Shown in pieces: positions 54,189 through 63,615 of a stretch of DNA of 64,000 nt. Every line of letters begins with the position of its first letter. Position 1 is the stretch's first letter. A program made the position numbers and the translations under genes. Origin of the DNA: an uncultured virus (IMG/VR IMGVR_UViG_3300032285_001110). Taxonomy: Duplodnaviria > Heunggongvirae > Uroviricota > Caudoviricetes. The notes beneath the pieces are model-generated. The model had not been told where the DNA came from. It was given only the letters and a program-made list of their open reading frames with translations, and searched no databases. The stretch lies in IMG/VR virus record IMGVR_UViG_3300032285_001110. One strand, 5' to 3'.

Positions 54189-54518
54189 TTAGGAAAGCTC
54201 AGAACCAAACACGCTAAAAGCGATTGTTGACGTAGAACCATACACGGTTATTACGTCAGCAGCACCTAGCGTAAGTCCGAGGGTTAGAGTTGTACTGTCG
54301 GAAGCACCTACGGTTACGTTGTAGGCAATGTACTGTGCATTTGCTAGACCTGCACCTGCTACACGAATAGCAATGCGGAATGTTGCATCCGCAGCAGCTA
54401 GGTTAGCAATAATGATGGAACTAACAACTGCAGACTTAGCAGCACCAACGGTATAGATGTCAGTGTTAGTAGTTGCAGCAGGGTTGCTTTGAGCAAGAAC
54501 TTTATATACTGTTGCCAT
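54189..54518 (-). CDS. Small virion protein
   Basis: YKVLAQSNP...FSVFGSELS beta-rich protein. Confidence 0.78.
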   Translation of the reverse strand: MATVYKVLAQSNPAATTNTDIYTVGAAKSAVVSSIIIANLAAADATFRIAIRVAGAGLANAQYIAYNVTVGASDSTTLTLGLTLGAADVITVYGSTSTIAFSVFGSELS

Positions 54519-54712
54519 TATGCACCCATCAGAGTAAAGACTGTAGGAACAGCGTCAGAGCTTACAGAAGCCCACTGTAGACCATTCCAAGTTAAAGAAA
54601 TACTAGTTTTGTTGTTAATCCAAATAGTACCGATGGCAGGGTAAAGCGGAGGTGAGTCCGAGTAGATTGTACCCGAACTCACCTCGATGCTTACTACCGT
54701 GCTTAGGGGCAT
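54518..54712 (-). CDS. Small fibre-associated protein
   Basis: P..GTIW...WNG..W motif, ends FTLMGA. Start placed at MPLST. Confidence 0.65.
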   Translation of the reverse strand: MPLSTVVSIEVSSGTIYSDSPPLYPAIGTIWINNKTSISLTWNGLQWASVSSDAVPTVFTLMGA

Positions 54713-54713
54713 G

Positions 54714-57700
54714 TTATGCCTGAGCCTCAGTCCAGGATAGACGACCAGCAAGAGCTACACCAGTAGAACCAACGTTCTGTACTACAACCGTAACTACGTC
54801 AGGACCATCTGGGTAAATCTGAGCATTAGCCAGAGTACCACCAGAAACAGTACCACCACCACCGAGGATGGAGTTACCAAGGTCACGAACCAGAGGCAAG
54901 TCAACGCTACCAGTAGACGATACGAAGAATCCACCAGTGGTCTCACCACCAGTAACCGAGGTAGTACCACCAGCGTAGTCAGCAATTTGAGCTAGCGAAG
55001 AGGTACCGAGGGTAGTTGAGTTACCCACGATGTTAGACCAGCTAGTTCCAGTAGATGGCAGACCATTTAGGTTTAGAGTTACCAGAATGTTACCAGTACC
55101 TAGAAGCGATACGTCAAGCGAACGTAGCACTAGCTGCATACGGTTGATTAGGTCACGAGTACCAAATGCTGCTGCGATACCGTTGTCTACCGAAGGTGCA
55201 ATACGAACCGACATTAGGGCAAGCGAACTTGCAGAAGTGAAGGTAAGTGCAGTAGTCGAAGTAACAGCTACGGTAATGAAGTTGCTAATGGTGATGATGG
55301 TTGCAGTACCAGTACCGCTAATCGCAAGAACTACCGAACCTGCTGGAACGTTAGTTCCAGCTACGTTCATACCAACTACAACACCTACGTTAGTGGAGAT
55401 GTTAATGGTGTTTACGTTAGTTGAGGTAGTGGTCTGTACAGTGATACCAGTTGGGTTTACAGTACCTGCTGGAACTAGACCCGATACCTTTGGCTGACCG
55501 TAGGTAAATAGAAGCGACTTGTCATCATCGAAGCGACCATCCATGATAACCGAGGTTCCCCAGTGGCTAATGGTAGGAGCGAAGGTTGGGAATGCCTGCT
55601 CAACAGCAATTGGTGCAAGTGCCGAGTAGGTAAACGCAGTACCTGTAGTAGCACCCATTGGTACGAATACGGTGCTTGGGTTAGCAACCGAACCAGTTAG
55701 TGCCTGGCTGAAGGTAATGGTAGTACCGTTGATAGCACTTACAAAAGTACCATCTGGGAATACCGAGTTAGCAGTTGCCGAAACTACACGCTGACCAACC
55801 TGGATACCAGTGTTAGCCGATACAGTACCTACGTTGCTACCAAGAGCAATAGTAACAGTGGTAGTAGCACCAGCCTGTGCACGGGTTAGACCAGTAAAGC
55901 TAGTTGCAGTAATTCCTGAGTAGTTAACGTGCTCGTAAGCAGTTGAGCCCTTGATTACTAGAGTACCTGAACTTGGGAATCCAGTGGTTGAAGCAACGGT
56001 AATCGAAGTATCGCTTGCACCAACGCTTGCACCAAGAATGGTCTTCTGAGGCTGAGTAACCGACTCGTAACGACCTGGCAAGTTACCTGAACGCATGTAA
56101 GCTTCAAAGTTAACGTTGTTGTTCTGAATCTTGTGTACGTAAACAATGTCACCATTGGTTGCACGCAGACCCCAACGAACGAAACCAGCACCGTACCACG
56201 AGAAGTCGATGTAGAACATCTGCATCTTCGATAGGTCGATGGTGTACCCCGAAGGACCAGTTCCATCCATCTTGTCAATGTTCCACTGCGACTGAGGAAC
56301 ACGAAGTTCCTGAGTCTTAGAAACAACTACAGCAGGAGCAGTAATACCACGGTAAGAAGGCGAGATAGTCAAGCTGGTCTCAGATGCAATTGCATCTACA
56401 CGGTATGACTGTCCACGAACTACAATGAAGTCACCAGGAACTAGCTGTTCAGGGAAAGCAGTTGGGAAGTTGGCGTTAGCAGTAATGGTATTGCTACCAT
56501 TGGTAACGTCTACACGACCAGCAATCTGGTAAGTCGAGTTACGACGAACAGCGTATAGAGTCTGACCATCAAACTCAAAGAACAGACCGTTCTGGTGGTC
56601 AAAGATACCTAGACGGTTTGCAGCTCCGTACCAACCAGTAACCGAAACGTAGTAAAGACCAGTAGCGGTAATGTCTACACCTGGGTTAGATGCAGTTGGG
56701 GTGTAAGTAAAGCTGTTGTAACCAGTGATATTAAAGTTGGTAAAAGTACCATTGAAAATAGACTCGTTAGCACCAGAAATAACAATTGTCGAACCAGGCT
56801 GAATGTTGTGCTGGTCCTTGGTGGTAACAGTTACTAGGTTAGTGCTAGTGCTGTACTTTAGAAGGTCAAGCTGTACGTTTGGCTTCAGGATAGTACCCGA
56901 AGACATCTGGATACCCTTACCCGACTGGTAACGGAAGTAACGACGAGTCTGACGAACTGCTGCTTCGTAGTTAGAAGTACCGTTAGAGGTAAAGATAACT
57001 CCACCGTCAAATGGGCGGTGCAAGAAGGCAGCCTGCGAACGAGTGTAAACAGCACCACCAGAGATGGTTCCAGTAGGAGCCACCGAAGAGTAGAAGTTGA
57101 ATACAGTTGGGCTTACAACCTGAGCAACAACCCAAGTACCATTAGGAGCACCCGAAGTTGCGGAAGTACCAGTTACAAGAATTTCGTTACCAATGCTCAG
57201 ACCGTGAGGAACAGAGGTAGTAACTGTAATCTTTGAGCCCGAGAAGCTCATGGTAGGAGTTCCACCGACAGCTGCACCAGTGTAGAAGTTACCCTGTACA
57301 ATGGCAGTCTTGTTAGCGTCAAAGATACCTACACCAGTAGTGGTAGCGGTTGCAGCTGCACGAGCAATAAAGGTGAAGGTAGTAGCACTTGGGGTTACAC
57401 CACTGTCTACGGCAAAGATACCGTTAGCAATTGGGTTTAGAGTGTCACGCACAACAATAGGAGTACCGATAGGAAGTACTGGCATACCAGTACCATTTAC
57501 GGTAATGACTCGAGAACCTGCAGTAGTAACAATACCAGAGATACCCGATACCTGAACGGCACTTGGATATGCAAATGGACGCATGTTGATTGTGCCGAGG
57601 TTTTCCCACTTCGACACCTGAGTACCATACTCAAAGTCAGTATCGATAAGTGCCTGAGCAGTCGAGGTACGGAACTTGTTAGCTGGGTCAGTGTTGATTT

Positions 57701-57995
57701 CTGCTGGGGTGAACTTCTCAGCATATTCGTCAACTACAATCTGTAGCTTGTCAGTCGATGACATACCTACAGTGTTAAAGTTTAGAACTAGAGTAGTGCT
57801 ATCTACACCAGCAACAGAGCTGTTAGTGTAAGAAGTAGCTTTTAGAGACTGGTCTGAAAAATTGTAAATCACCTGGTTCATGGTGACGTTGGTGATGAGG
57901 ATAAGTCGTTCACGAAGAATGTTCTTCGAGATAACTACCGTCTTTGTAGAGGGGTTAAATGTATAACCAGTCTCCAAAATTACTTTTCTTGCCAT
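54714..57995 (-). CDS. Large virion structural protein (fibre/baseplate-like) with repeated beta domains
   Basis: 1093 aa; LIDTDFEYG, RQTRRYFRYQSGKG and HWGTSVIMDGRFDDD; TVTT..PHGL..G repeats. Confidence 0.78.
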   Translation of the reverse strand: MARKVILETGYTFNPSTKTVVISKNILRERLILITNVTMNQVIYNFSDQSLKATSYTNSSVAGVDSTTLVLNFNTVGMSSTDKLQIVVDEYAEKFTPAEINTDPANKFRTSTAQALIDTDFEYGTQVSKWENLGTINMRPFAYPSAVQVSGISGIVTTAGSRVITVNGTGMPVLPIGTPIVVRDTLNPIANGIFAVDSGVTPSATTFTFIARAAATATTTGVGIFDANKTAIVQGNFYTGAAVGGTPTMSFSGSKITVTTSVPHGLSIGNEILVTGTSATSGAPNGTWVVAQVVSPTVFNFYSSVAPTGTISGGAVYTRSQAAFLHRPFDGGVIFTSNGTSNYEAAVRQTRRYFRYQSGKGIQMSSGTILKPNVQLDLLKYSTSTNLVTVTTKDQHNIQPGSTIVISGANESIFNGTFTNFNITGYNSFTYTPTASNPGVDITATGLYYVSVTGWYGAANRLGIFDHQNGLFFEFDGQTLYAVRRNSTYQIAGRVDVTNGSNTITANANFPTAFPEQLVPGDFIVVRGQSYRVDAIASETSLTISPSYRGITAPAVVVSKTQELRVPQSQWNIDKMDGTGPSGYTIDLSKMQMFYIDFSWYGAGFVRWGLRATNGDIVYVHKIQNNNVNFEAYMRSGNLPGRYESVTQPQKTILGASVGASDTSITVASTTGFPSSGTLVIKGSTAYEHVNYSGITATSFTGLTRAQAGATTTVTIALGSNVGTVSANTGIQVGQRVVSATANSVFPDGTFVSAINGTTITFSQALTGSVANPSTVFVPMGATTGTAFTYSALAPIAVEQAFPTFAPTISHWGTSVIMDGRFDDDKSLLFTYGQPKVSGLVPAGTVNPTGITVQTTTSTNVNTINISTNVGVVVGMNVAGTNVPAGSVVLAISGTGTATIITISNFITVAVTSTTALTFTSASSLALMSVRIAPSVDNGIAAAFGTRDLINRMQLVLRSLDVSLLGTGNILVTLNLNGLPSTGTSWSNIVGNSTTLGTSSLAQIADYAGGTTSVTGGETTGGFFVSSTGSVDLPLVRDLGNSILGGGGTVSGGTLANAQIYPDGPDVVTVVVQNVGSTGVALAGRLSWTEAQA

Positions 57996-58001
57996 ATTGG
58001 T

Positions 58002-58961
58002 TTACGCTCCTAGGAGTAAGTCCACTGCACGGAATGGATAGTTTGTTGTCATTGTTGTGGTTGACGGTCCAGACATAATTCTACCATCAAAAGTGGACCC
58101 CAATGGTGGTATTCCGTGGAACGCAATATAACCATCAGAATCTAAGAATAGCCCATTAAAGGGTATTCCTGATTGCCAAACAACCTCTGGGCTGTTGACT
58201 TTTTGCATAACACCGTTTACTGAGACCAATAGTAAGAAAGGGTTAGTTAACGATATTTGTGCACCCTGGTAAGTTGGCATAAAACGGTTTTGAATACCGT
58301 TAAAATTGTTGTGTAAATCATCAATAGGAATGACATCTGGGGTTAATCCTCCAGGAATTCCAAAGTTAAATACTGCAGCACTAGAAGTACCAGTGTTAGT
58401 TACAGTTGGAGCAGCTCCTGCAGGAAGAGCAGTAGTAGTACCCACAGCAACAGTTGCGGTGGCAGGCCCCTGAGGAATAGTCAGATTTAAAATCTGGCTA
58501 GGTGCGGTTCCAGTAATGGTAGCTGCAGCAGCAGAGCCAGAAGCACCAGTAGTTACAGTACCAATGTTTAGGCTATTAGAAGGTCCAGTAGGACCAGTCG
58601 CTCCAGTTGGTCCATAAGGAAGAACTAAATTAAGTGTTTGACTTGGAGAAGTACCGCTAATTGTGGCTGCGGCAGTAGTACTAGCAGTAACACTACCAAT
58701 ACTCAGAACGTTAGAAGGACCTGTAGCTCCCGTTGCACCTGTTGCTCCCGCGGCACCTGTTGCTCCAGTAGGTCCAGTTGGACCAGTAGCCCCCGTGGTT
58801 CCTTGAGTAAAATAAGGCAGAACAGTCCAAGTAGATGAGCCATTACCAACTTTAAACTTTAGAGTGTCGGTCTCCATGGCAAGCTCGCCTTGAGCAAGAA
58901 TAGGATTGGCAGCAGTCCAAGCTGCTGCAGTTCCACGCCTAAGCTGAATTTGTACAGCCAT
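58002..58961 (-). CDS. Mtd_N-like domain + collagen (Gly-X-Y) repeat fibre protein
   Basis: QLRRGTAAAWTAANPILAQGE; GATGPTGPTGATG repeats. Confidence 0.85.
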   Translation of the reverse strand: MAVQIQLRRGTAAAWTAANPILAQGELAMETDTLKFKVGNGSSTWTVLPYFTQGTTGATGPTGPTGATGAAGATGATGATGPSNVLSIGSVTASTTAAATISGTSPSQTLNLVLPYGPTGATGPTGPSNSLNIGTVTTGASGSAAAATITGTAPSQILNLTIPQGPATATVAVGTTTALPAGAAPTVTNTGTSSAAVFNFGIPGGLTPDVIPIDDLHNNFNGIQNRFMPTYQGAQISLTNPFLLLVSVNGVMQKVNSPEVVWQSGIPFNGLFLDSDGYIAFHGIPPLGSTFDGRIMSGPSTTTMTTNYPFRAVDLLLGA

Positions 58962-59194
58962 TAGATTCCACCTCCATCAACTGCGGTAGTTCCACCATAA
59001 ATGGAATCGGGCAACCCACCATCTAGATTTCCAGCAGAAGGGCTAAAGTAAGGGAGCAAAATCCAAGCAGTTACTCCGTCTCCAATTTTAAGCTTATTTG
59101 TGTCAGTTTCGAGCCCAAACTCACCTTGTGCCAAAACTGGATTACGTAATGTCCAGTTGGCTGCTGTACCTCTTTTATGCTGTAATGTAATCAT
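58961..59194 (-). CDS. Stand-alone Mtd_N-like domain protein
   Basis: KRGTAANWTLRNPVLAQGEFGLETDT..KIGDG; LDGG/VDGG tail. Confidence 0.82.
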   Translation of the reverse strand: MITLQHKRGTAANWTLRNPVLAQGEFGLETDTNKLKIGDGVTAWILLPYFSPSAGNLDGGLPDSIYGGTTAVDGGGI

Positions 59195-59202
59195 TCATAT
59201 TC

Positions 59203-60597
59203 CTAAATAGGTATTCCCCAGCCAGTAAAGACATTCTTCTTAGTACCCGTAGCAGTTCCTGAAATATTTATTGCTCCATTACCAGCAGAGGTATACCCTA
59301 CAGAACCTGAGCCTATTGCCACTAGGTTTACTAATCCTGAAGCACTTACTGGGTATTTTAGTGCAGGAGTTGCAGTAGCAGTTATTGAAACTGCTCCAAC
59401 AGCGTTTACGTTAGTTAGCGGAGTTGCAGCAGAAGTTATCGATAAAGAACCAGAGCCAACCGTAATGTACTTTAACCCCGCAGTAGCGGTTGCGGTCAGG
59501 GCTACTGCCCCAGTACCCGTGGTTGTAAACTTAATTGCGTCAGACGCAGCACCAACTATGGATACTGTTCCGCTAGCCGTAGTTGGGTAAGATAGCCCAG
59601 CAAGAGCAGCTCCAACAATCGAGATTGCTCCAGAAGCAATAGTTGCCGAGTTACTTGAACTAGCGGCTCCAACTAGAGATACGGCAGCAGTACCAGTTGT
59701 AGTAAATGCAACTGTACCTGTGGCAGTTCCAGTTAAAGTTATTGCACCAGAAGCAGTTACTGGGAACTTTTCAACATCCGTAGCAGTAGCGGTAAGTGTA
59801 ATACCGCCACTGGCAGTAACTGGGTAAGCCAACGCACTGGTAGCAGCACCAACAAGTCCAACTGCACCTGAACCAGTAGTTGTGTAACTTACTGTTGCGG
59901 TAGCAGTTCCCGTAATAGAAATAGCACCTGATGCAGTAGTGGCACCAGGAGCAGTAGTAGCAATACCTACTAATCCAACTGCCCCAGCACCAGTAGTGGT
60001 AAATACTGGGTTAGTGATAGTAGCGGATGCTGTAAGAGTCAGTGCACCAGTTGCGGTTACAGGGTAAGCGTTTACGTCAGTAGCACTAGCTGTAAGAGTT
60101 AGGGCACCAGAACCTGCAGATGTAAATACGGGGTTAGAAATGTTGGCAGCACCAACTACAGATACTGCACCAGTACCAGTAATGGCGTATGATAGTGAAC
60201 CTGTAGCAGTACCTACTAGGCTAATCGTGTTAGTAGCAGTTACTGGGAAGCTAAGTGATGCGGCGTCTGCACCAACAATAGAGATAGACGCACTACCAGT
60301 AGTAGGGTATGACTGGGCAGTAGAGGCGGCAGCCGTTACGTCAAGTGCAGCTGAACCAGTAGTAGTAAAACTTACAGTAGCAGTAGCTACACCAGTTACG
60401 TCAATACCTGCTGAAGCAGTTGCCGCACCATCAGAAGTGGGAGCCAGGTCGTCAACGGCAATGCCAAACGGAGCCTGCGGGATTGCAACAGTTACGGCAG
60501 GATTTCCCTGGTGTGAAGGACCACCAAACTGAGTGTTTCCACCAGTTCCACCTGTTACGAAGGCGTTAGTTGTTATCGGGAGGAATGGCTGAGCCAT
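59203..60597 (-). CDS. Thr/Ala/Gly-rich protein with tandem ~20-aa repeats
   Basis: Recurrent [ST]GA[IVL][ST][LI][TV]G.A units. Confidence 0.78.
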   Translation of the reverse strand: MAQPFLPITTNAFVTGGTGGNTQFGGPSHQGNPAVTVAIPQAPFGIAVDDLAPTSDGAATASAGIDVTGVATATVSFTTTGSAALDVTAAASTAQSYPTTGSASISIVGADAASLSFPVTATNTISLVGTATGSLSYAITGTGAVSVVGAANISNPVFTSAGSGALTLTASATDVNAYPVTATGALTLTASATITNPVFTTTGAGAVGLVGIATTAPGATTASGAISITGTATATVSYTTTGSGAVGLVGAATSALAYPVTASGGITLTATATDVEKFPVTASGAITLTGTATGTVAFTTTGTAAVSLVGAASSSNSATIASGAISIVGAALAGLSYPTTASGTVSIVGAASDAIKFTTTGTGAVALTATATAGLKYITVGSGSLSITSAATPLTNVNAVGAVSITATATPALKYPVSASGLVNLVAIGSGSVGYTSAGNGAINISGTATGTKKNVFTGWGIPI

Positions 60598-60604
60598 TTA
60601 AGGA

Positions 60605-61069
60605 TTACTCCTCCCAGATAAAGTGACCTGTAAAAGTTCCTACAGTACCACCTGAAGCACTGGCATTTACAATGCAAATGCCTGCACCAGCGGTGGCAGG
60701 AATGATTAGTGGATAGTCGCGGAAGTCCCAAACCCACCAACCACCAGCGGTTGTGGAAAGTCCGCCACGAGTTAGCTGAAGAGTGGTTGAAAATGTTGGA
60801 GCTACTGACCAAGCAGTATCAATGGTACCGATAGCAGCGGCGTCATTACCATCAAATGGGTTACCAGTTACCGAAGTAGACTGAGTACCACGAGCAGTTG
60901 CACGAGAAAGATAAAAGCTTGGAGCAGTGGTTGGAGCAGAAGCCACGCCAATAGCAATTTGCATGACACGAATACGCTGGGTTGTACCCGTATTGTTCAA
61001 GTTAGCGTACTGGGTGTTAGCAGCGTTAACACCCGACACGCTGAATCCAGCTGCATAACGAGCCGCCAT
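60605..61069 (-). CDS. Hypothetical virion protein
   Basis: 154 aa, beta-rich, ends FIWEE. Confidence 0.72.
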   Translation of the reverse strand: MAARYAAGFSVSGVNAANTQYANLNNTGTTQRIRVMQIAIGVASAPTTAPSFYLSRATARGTQSTSVTGNPFDGNDAAAIGTIDTAWSVAPTFSTTLQLTRGGLSTTAGGWWVWDFRDYPLIIPATAGAGICIVNASASGGTVGTFTGHFIWEE

Positions 61070-61425
61070 TAGCTAGCGGTCACCGTTAGAGCACCAATGG
61101 CGATAGTTACAGTACCTGCAGAAGCACCAGTGGTAATAGCTGGGCTAAGAGCACCACCAAAGTAGTAAGTACCAGCAGTGATAGCACTGAAAACACCAAA
61201 GTACGATGCAGTGGTAGAAGCAGGTAGATTGATGGTCAAAGCGTTGCTGTTAGAAATGCTACCACCCGAAGCGGTACCCCAAGTAACGGCTACACGAGCG
61301 TAAGTACCACCAGTAACCTCACCAGTAGCACCTGATGTGGTAGGGTCAGCAGTGAACAGAGCAACGTAAGCCCAGCCAGTGGTAACTAGAGCCTGGTTTG
61401 CCTCTGTAGTTGAAATTCTTGCCAT
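61069..61425 (-). CDS. Small tail/fibre protein
   Basis: YVALFTADP...EVTGGTYARVAVTW. Confidence 0.75.
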   Translation of the reverse strand: MARISTTEANQALVTTGWAYVALFTADPTTSGATGEVTGGTYARVAVTWGTASGGSISNSNALTINLPASTTASYFGVFSAITAGTYYFGGALSPAITTGASAGTVTIAIGALTVTAS

Positions 61426-61434
61426 TTATTTTCC

Positions 61435-61971
61435 TTAGTTAATTGTTAAGGTTACTGTCAAGTCAGAGCCAGCAGTAGTAGAGCCCACACCCGTAACATT
61501 TACGGTTGCATAGTCATTTAAGTTTACAACTTGACTCAAGGTAGTTGTTGCTGTATAAGCACCAGCAGCAACTGAAACTGTACCTACTGTAACCCCATTT
61601 ATTAAAAGAGCCACGACTACAGGTGCTCCCACAGATGGGGTGCTCACACTAGCTCTAATTTTTGTAATAGTTCTTGTTGATTCAAAATAAAAACGGTTGA
61701 CCCCAGCACGAACTACCAAGCTATCCTGCATTACAAATACTGGAGTAACTCCAGCAGGACCAGTTGCCCCTGTAGGGCCAGCAGGACCAGTTGCTCCACG
61801 CTGTCCAGGAACACCTGGAAGAAGAGCTGTGTCTACTTCTGGATAAGTGAAGTTAGGGTCAATAGTCTGTGGAGGAGTAGTTTGCCCAGGCTGTGGAAAA
61901 TCATTTGGGTTATAGGGCCCGTTATTTGGCGTAAGGAGGTTGATGTCCTTCTCTGGATACGGTGCTGTCAT
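61435..61971 (-). CDS. Collagen-repeat protein
   Basis: GVPGQRGATGPAGPTGATGPAG; ends AGSDLTVTL. Confidence 0.8.
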   Translation of the reverse strand: MTAPYPEKDINLLTPNNGPYNPNDFPQPGQTTPPQTIDPNFTYPEVDTALLPGVPGQRGATGPAGPTGATGPAGVTPVFVMQDSLVVRAGVNRFYFESTRTITKIRASVSTPSVGAPVVVALLINGVTVGTVSVAAGAYTATTTLSQVVNLNDYATVNVTGVGSTTAGSDLTVTLTIN

Positions 61972-63029
61972 TAGATTACAATCGAACTTACACGCTCAGT
62001 GAAGAAGTTGCCACCCTTAATCTCAATCTGCTCCAAAGTAGTTGCGTTAACTGTGGATAGGGATAGGTAGGTGCGGTTAGCCAAACGCAATGTTTGGTCT
62101 GCTGTGAGAGAGAGCGTGGCAGTGTAGGTTCCGTCCCCGTGGTCCAGAACGGACAGAGTTATATTTTGGACGACCAGCACACTGCCACGTTGGTTAAGGA
62201 GATTAGCCAGGAATGAGTATCCTGTGTAAGAACCACTGAAGTTAATAGTGGTTGTCCACGCACGACCCTGGTAAGCGATAAACTCGCCTGCATCAGATGG
62301 CCATGCTGGGTTCTTATCTCCATAAGTAGGTAGTTGGTCATGAACTCGTTCTGGGTAAGAACGGTCATCGACCTCTTGAGGCTTGTAGACAGGAACATAA
62401 CGTCCTGTAGCCTTAGACTGGCGACGCAAAGTAAACACGTCAATACGGTACATACCGACACCAAGCTGAACGCAAAGGTCACGGTACTGAATCTGACGCT
62501 GCTGTACCATCTCCATCAACTGGCGATAACGCTCAGAACGTGGAATGGATACACCATCTGGTGCAGCAATGTCGATATCAAACGAGGCATCTGTAGCAAG
62601 AGTATACAGAGCCAATGTAGTAGCGTAAATAGCTACTGGGTACTCTTCAATACTAGGAAGAGTGTCTACTGTAAGTGCACGACCAACAGAGTCTACGTGA
62701 CCGTTTGCGTGCTGGGATACTGCGTCTGTAACTAAGGTCGTGAGCTCAGTAGCAGTAAAGTAACGATAGTAAGTACCACTAACTGTAATAATGTCGCCAT
62801 CAGCAGGTACCGTTACTAGAAGCAAACTTCCAGTACTTTCTTCAATACTAGAGGTGCTTGTAACATCCGCACCGTTTTTAAACACAGTAGCGGTAAGGGC
62901 GTCAATTGGAGAATAGTTAAGCTTAAAACGGTTAGTAGTACCGTCAGCAACAAACTGGTCTACGAAGGTTTTGCCAAGGTCACCGAGTTCAAACCGAACA
63001 CGGCTCACTAAACTAGAAATCGTTGCCAC
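61971..63029 (-). CDS. Head-to-tail adaptor
   Basis: LVSRVRFELGD, DGVSIPRSERYRQL; GTG start with GGAGG; second gene after the capsid gene. Confidence 0.65.
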   Translation of the reverse strand: MATISSLVSRVRFELGDLGKTFVDQFVADGTTNRFKLNYSPIDALTATVFKNGADVTSTSSIEESTGSLLLVTVPADGDIITVSGTYYRYFTATELTTLVTDAVSQHANGHVDSVGRALTVDTLPSIEEYPVAIYATTLALYTLATDASFDIDIAAPDGVSIPRSERYRQLMEMVQQRQIQYRDLCVQLGVGMYRIDVFTLRRQSKATGRYVPVYKPQEVDDRSYPERVHDQLPTYGDKNPAWPSDAGEFIAYQGRAWTTTINFSGSYTGYSFLANLLNQRGSVLVVQNITLSVLDHGDGTYTATLSLTADQTLRLANRTYLSLSTVNATTLEQIEIKGGNFFTERVSSIVI

Positions 63030-63051
63030 GAATCCTCCAATATCTTTACAT

Positions 63052-63082
63052 CTATGTTCCCCTATTTAGGAGATAAATACAG
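63052..63082 (-). promoter_or_regulatory. Putative late promoter motif, copy 3
   Basis: CTGTATTTATCTCCTAAATAGGGGAACATAG, directly after a terminator. Confidence 0.55.
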
Positions 63083-63085
63083 CAT

Positions 63086-63136
63086 AAAAAAGTCCGTCCT
63101 GCTGGCGAGAGGAGGGCGGGAACCAGCAGAACGGAC
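63086..63136 (-). terminator. Intrinsic terminator with a 17-nt pyrimidine-rich loop
   Basis: 14-bp stem (63092-63105 / 63123-63136, one G-U on the minus strand), loop UUCCCGCCCUCCUCUCG, tail UUUUUU. Confidence 0.85.
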
Positions 63137-63153
63137 AGATTTTGGGTGGCTAT

Positions 63154-63537
63154 TTAGCCAATCTGGTGTACGTAACCAAGACGCAGTAGATAGTCTGCGA
63201 TGTCACGGGAAACGCTGTAAGCACGTCCCTGCTTGAAGTTGAACACCTGAGGAGCACCATTTACGATGCCATAAGTCATGTCTTCAATGTCTGCGATAGT
63301 ACGGATGGTAACCGTATCATTTGCAACGGTTACACCAACAGACTCAACTTCATCAATAAGAATTGGCTGGTCTGGGGTACGAGGGTCGAAGACGTCATTA
63401 GCATTGCTAATCTCTTCTGCCTGGCGAGATAGAGAAATCTCGTCTTTACGGTCTGCGAGTTCTTTTGCTCGCTTCTTTGCTGCCTGCTCTGCTGCACGGC
63501 CTGTTGAGTCCTGAGGACTAGTTGGTAGAGTTGCCAC
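63154..63537 (-). CDS. Hypothetical protein following the capsid gene
   Basis: 127 aa, GTG start; FKQGRAYSVSRDIADYL. Confidence 0.78.
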   Translation of the reverse strand: MATLPTSPQDSTGRAAEQAAKKRAKELADRKDEISLSRQAEEISNANDVFDPRTPDQPILIDEVESVGVTVANDTVTIRTIADIEDMTYGIVNGAPQVFNFKQGRAYSVSRDIADYLLRLGYVHQIG

Positions 63538-63578
63538 GATATATGTCTTCCTTGTTATTTTGTTTTGTTGTTTGTGTT

Positions 63579-63600
63579 GGGGGGCCCCGAAGGGCCCCCC
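63579..63600 (-). promoter_or_regulatory. GC-rich cUUCGg tetraloop hairpin after the capsid stop (mRNA stabiliser/attenuator)
   Basis: GGGGGGCCC-UUCG-GGGCCCCCC, followed on the minus strand by A-rich rather than U-rich sequence. Confidence 0.7.
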
Positions 63601-63615
63601 TCTACTGGTCTAACC

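Noticed and set aside
48327..59194. Diversity-generating retroelement suggested by the Mtd_N domains
   Set aside because: No reverse transcriptase, no C-type-lectin variable domain and no near-identical TR/VR pair were noticed in the window.
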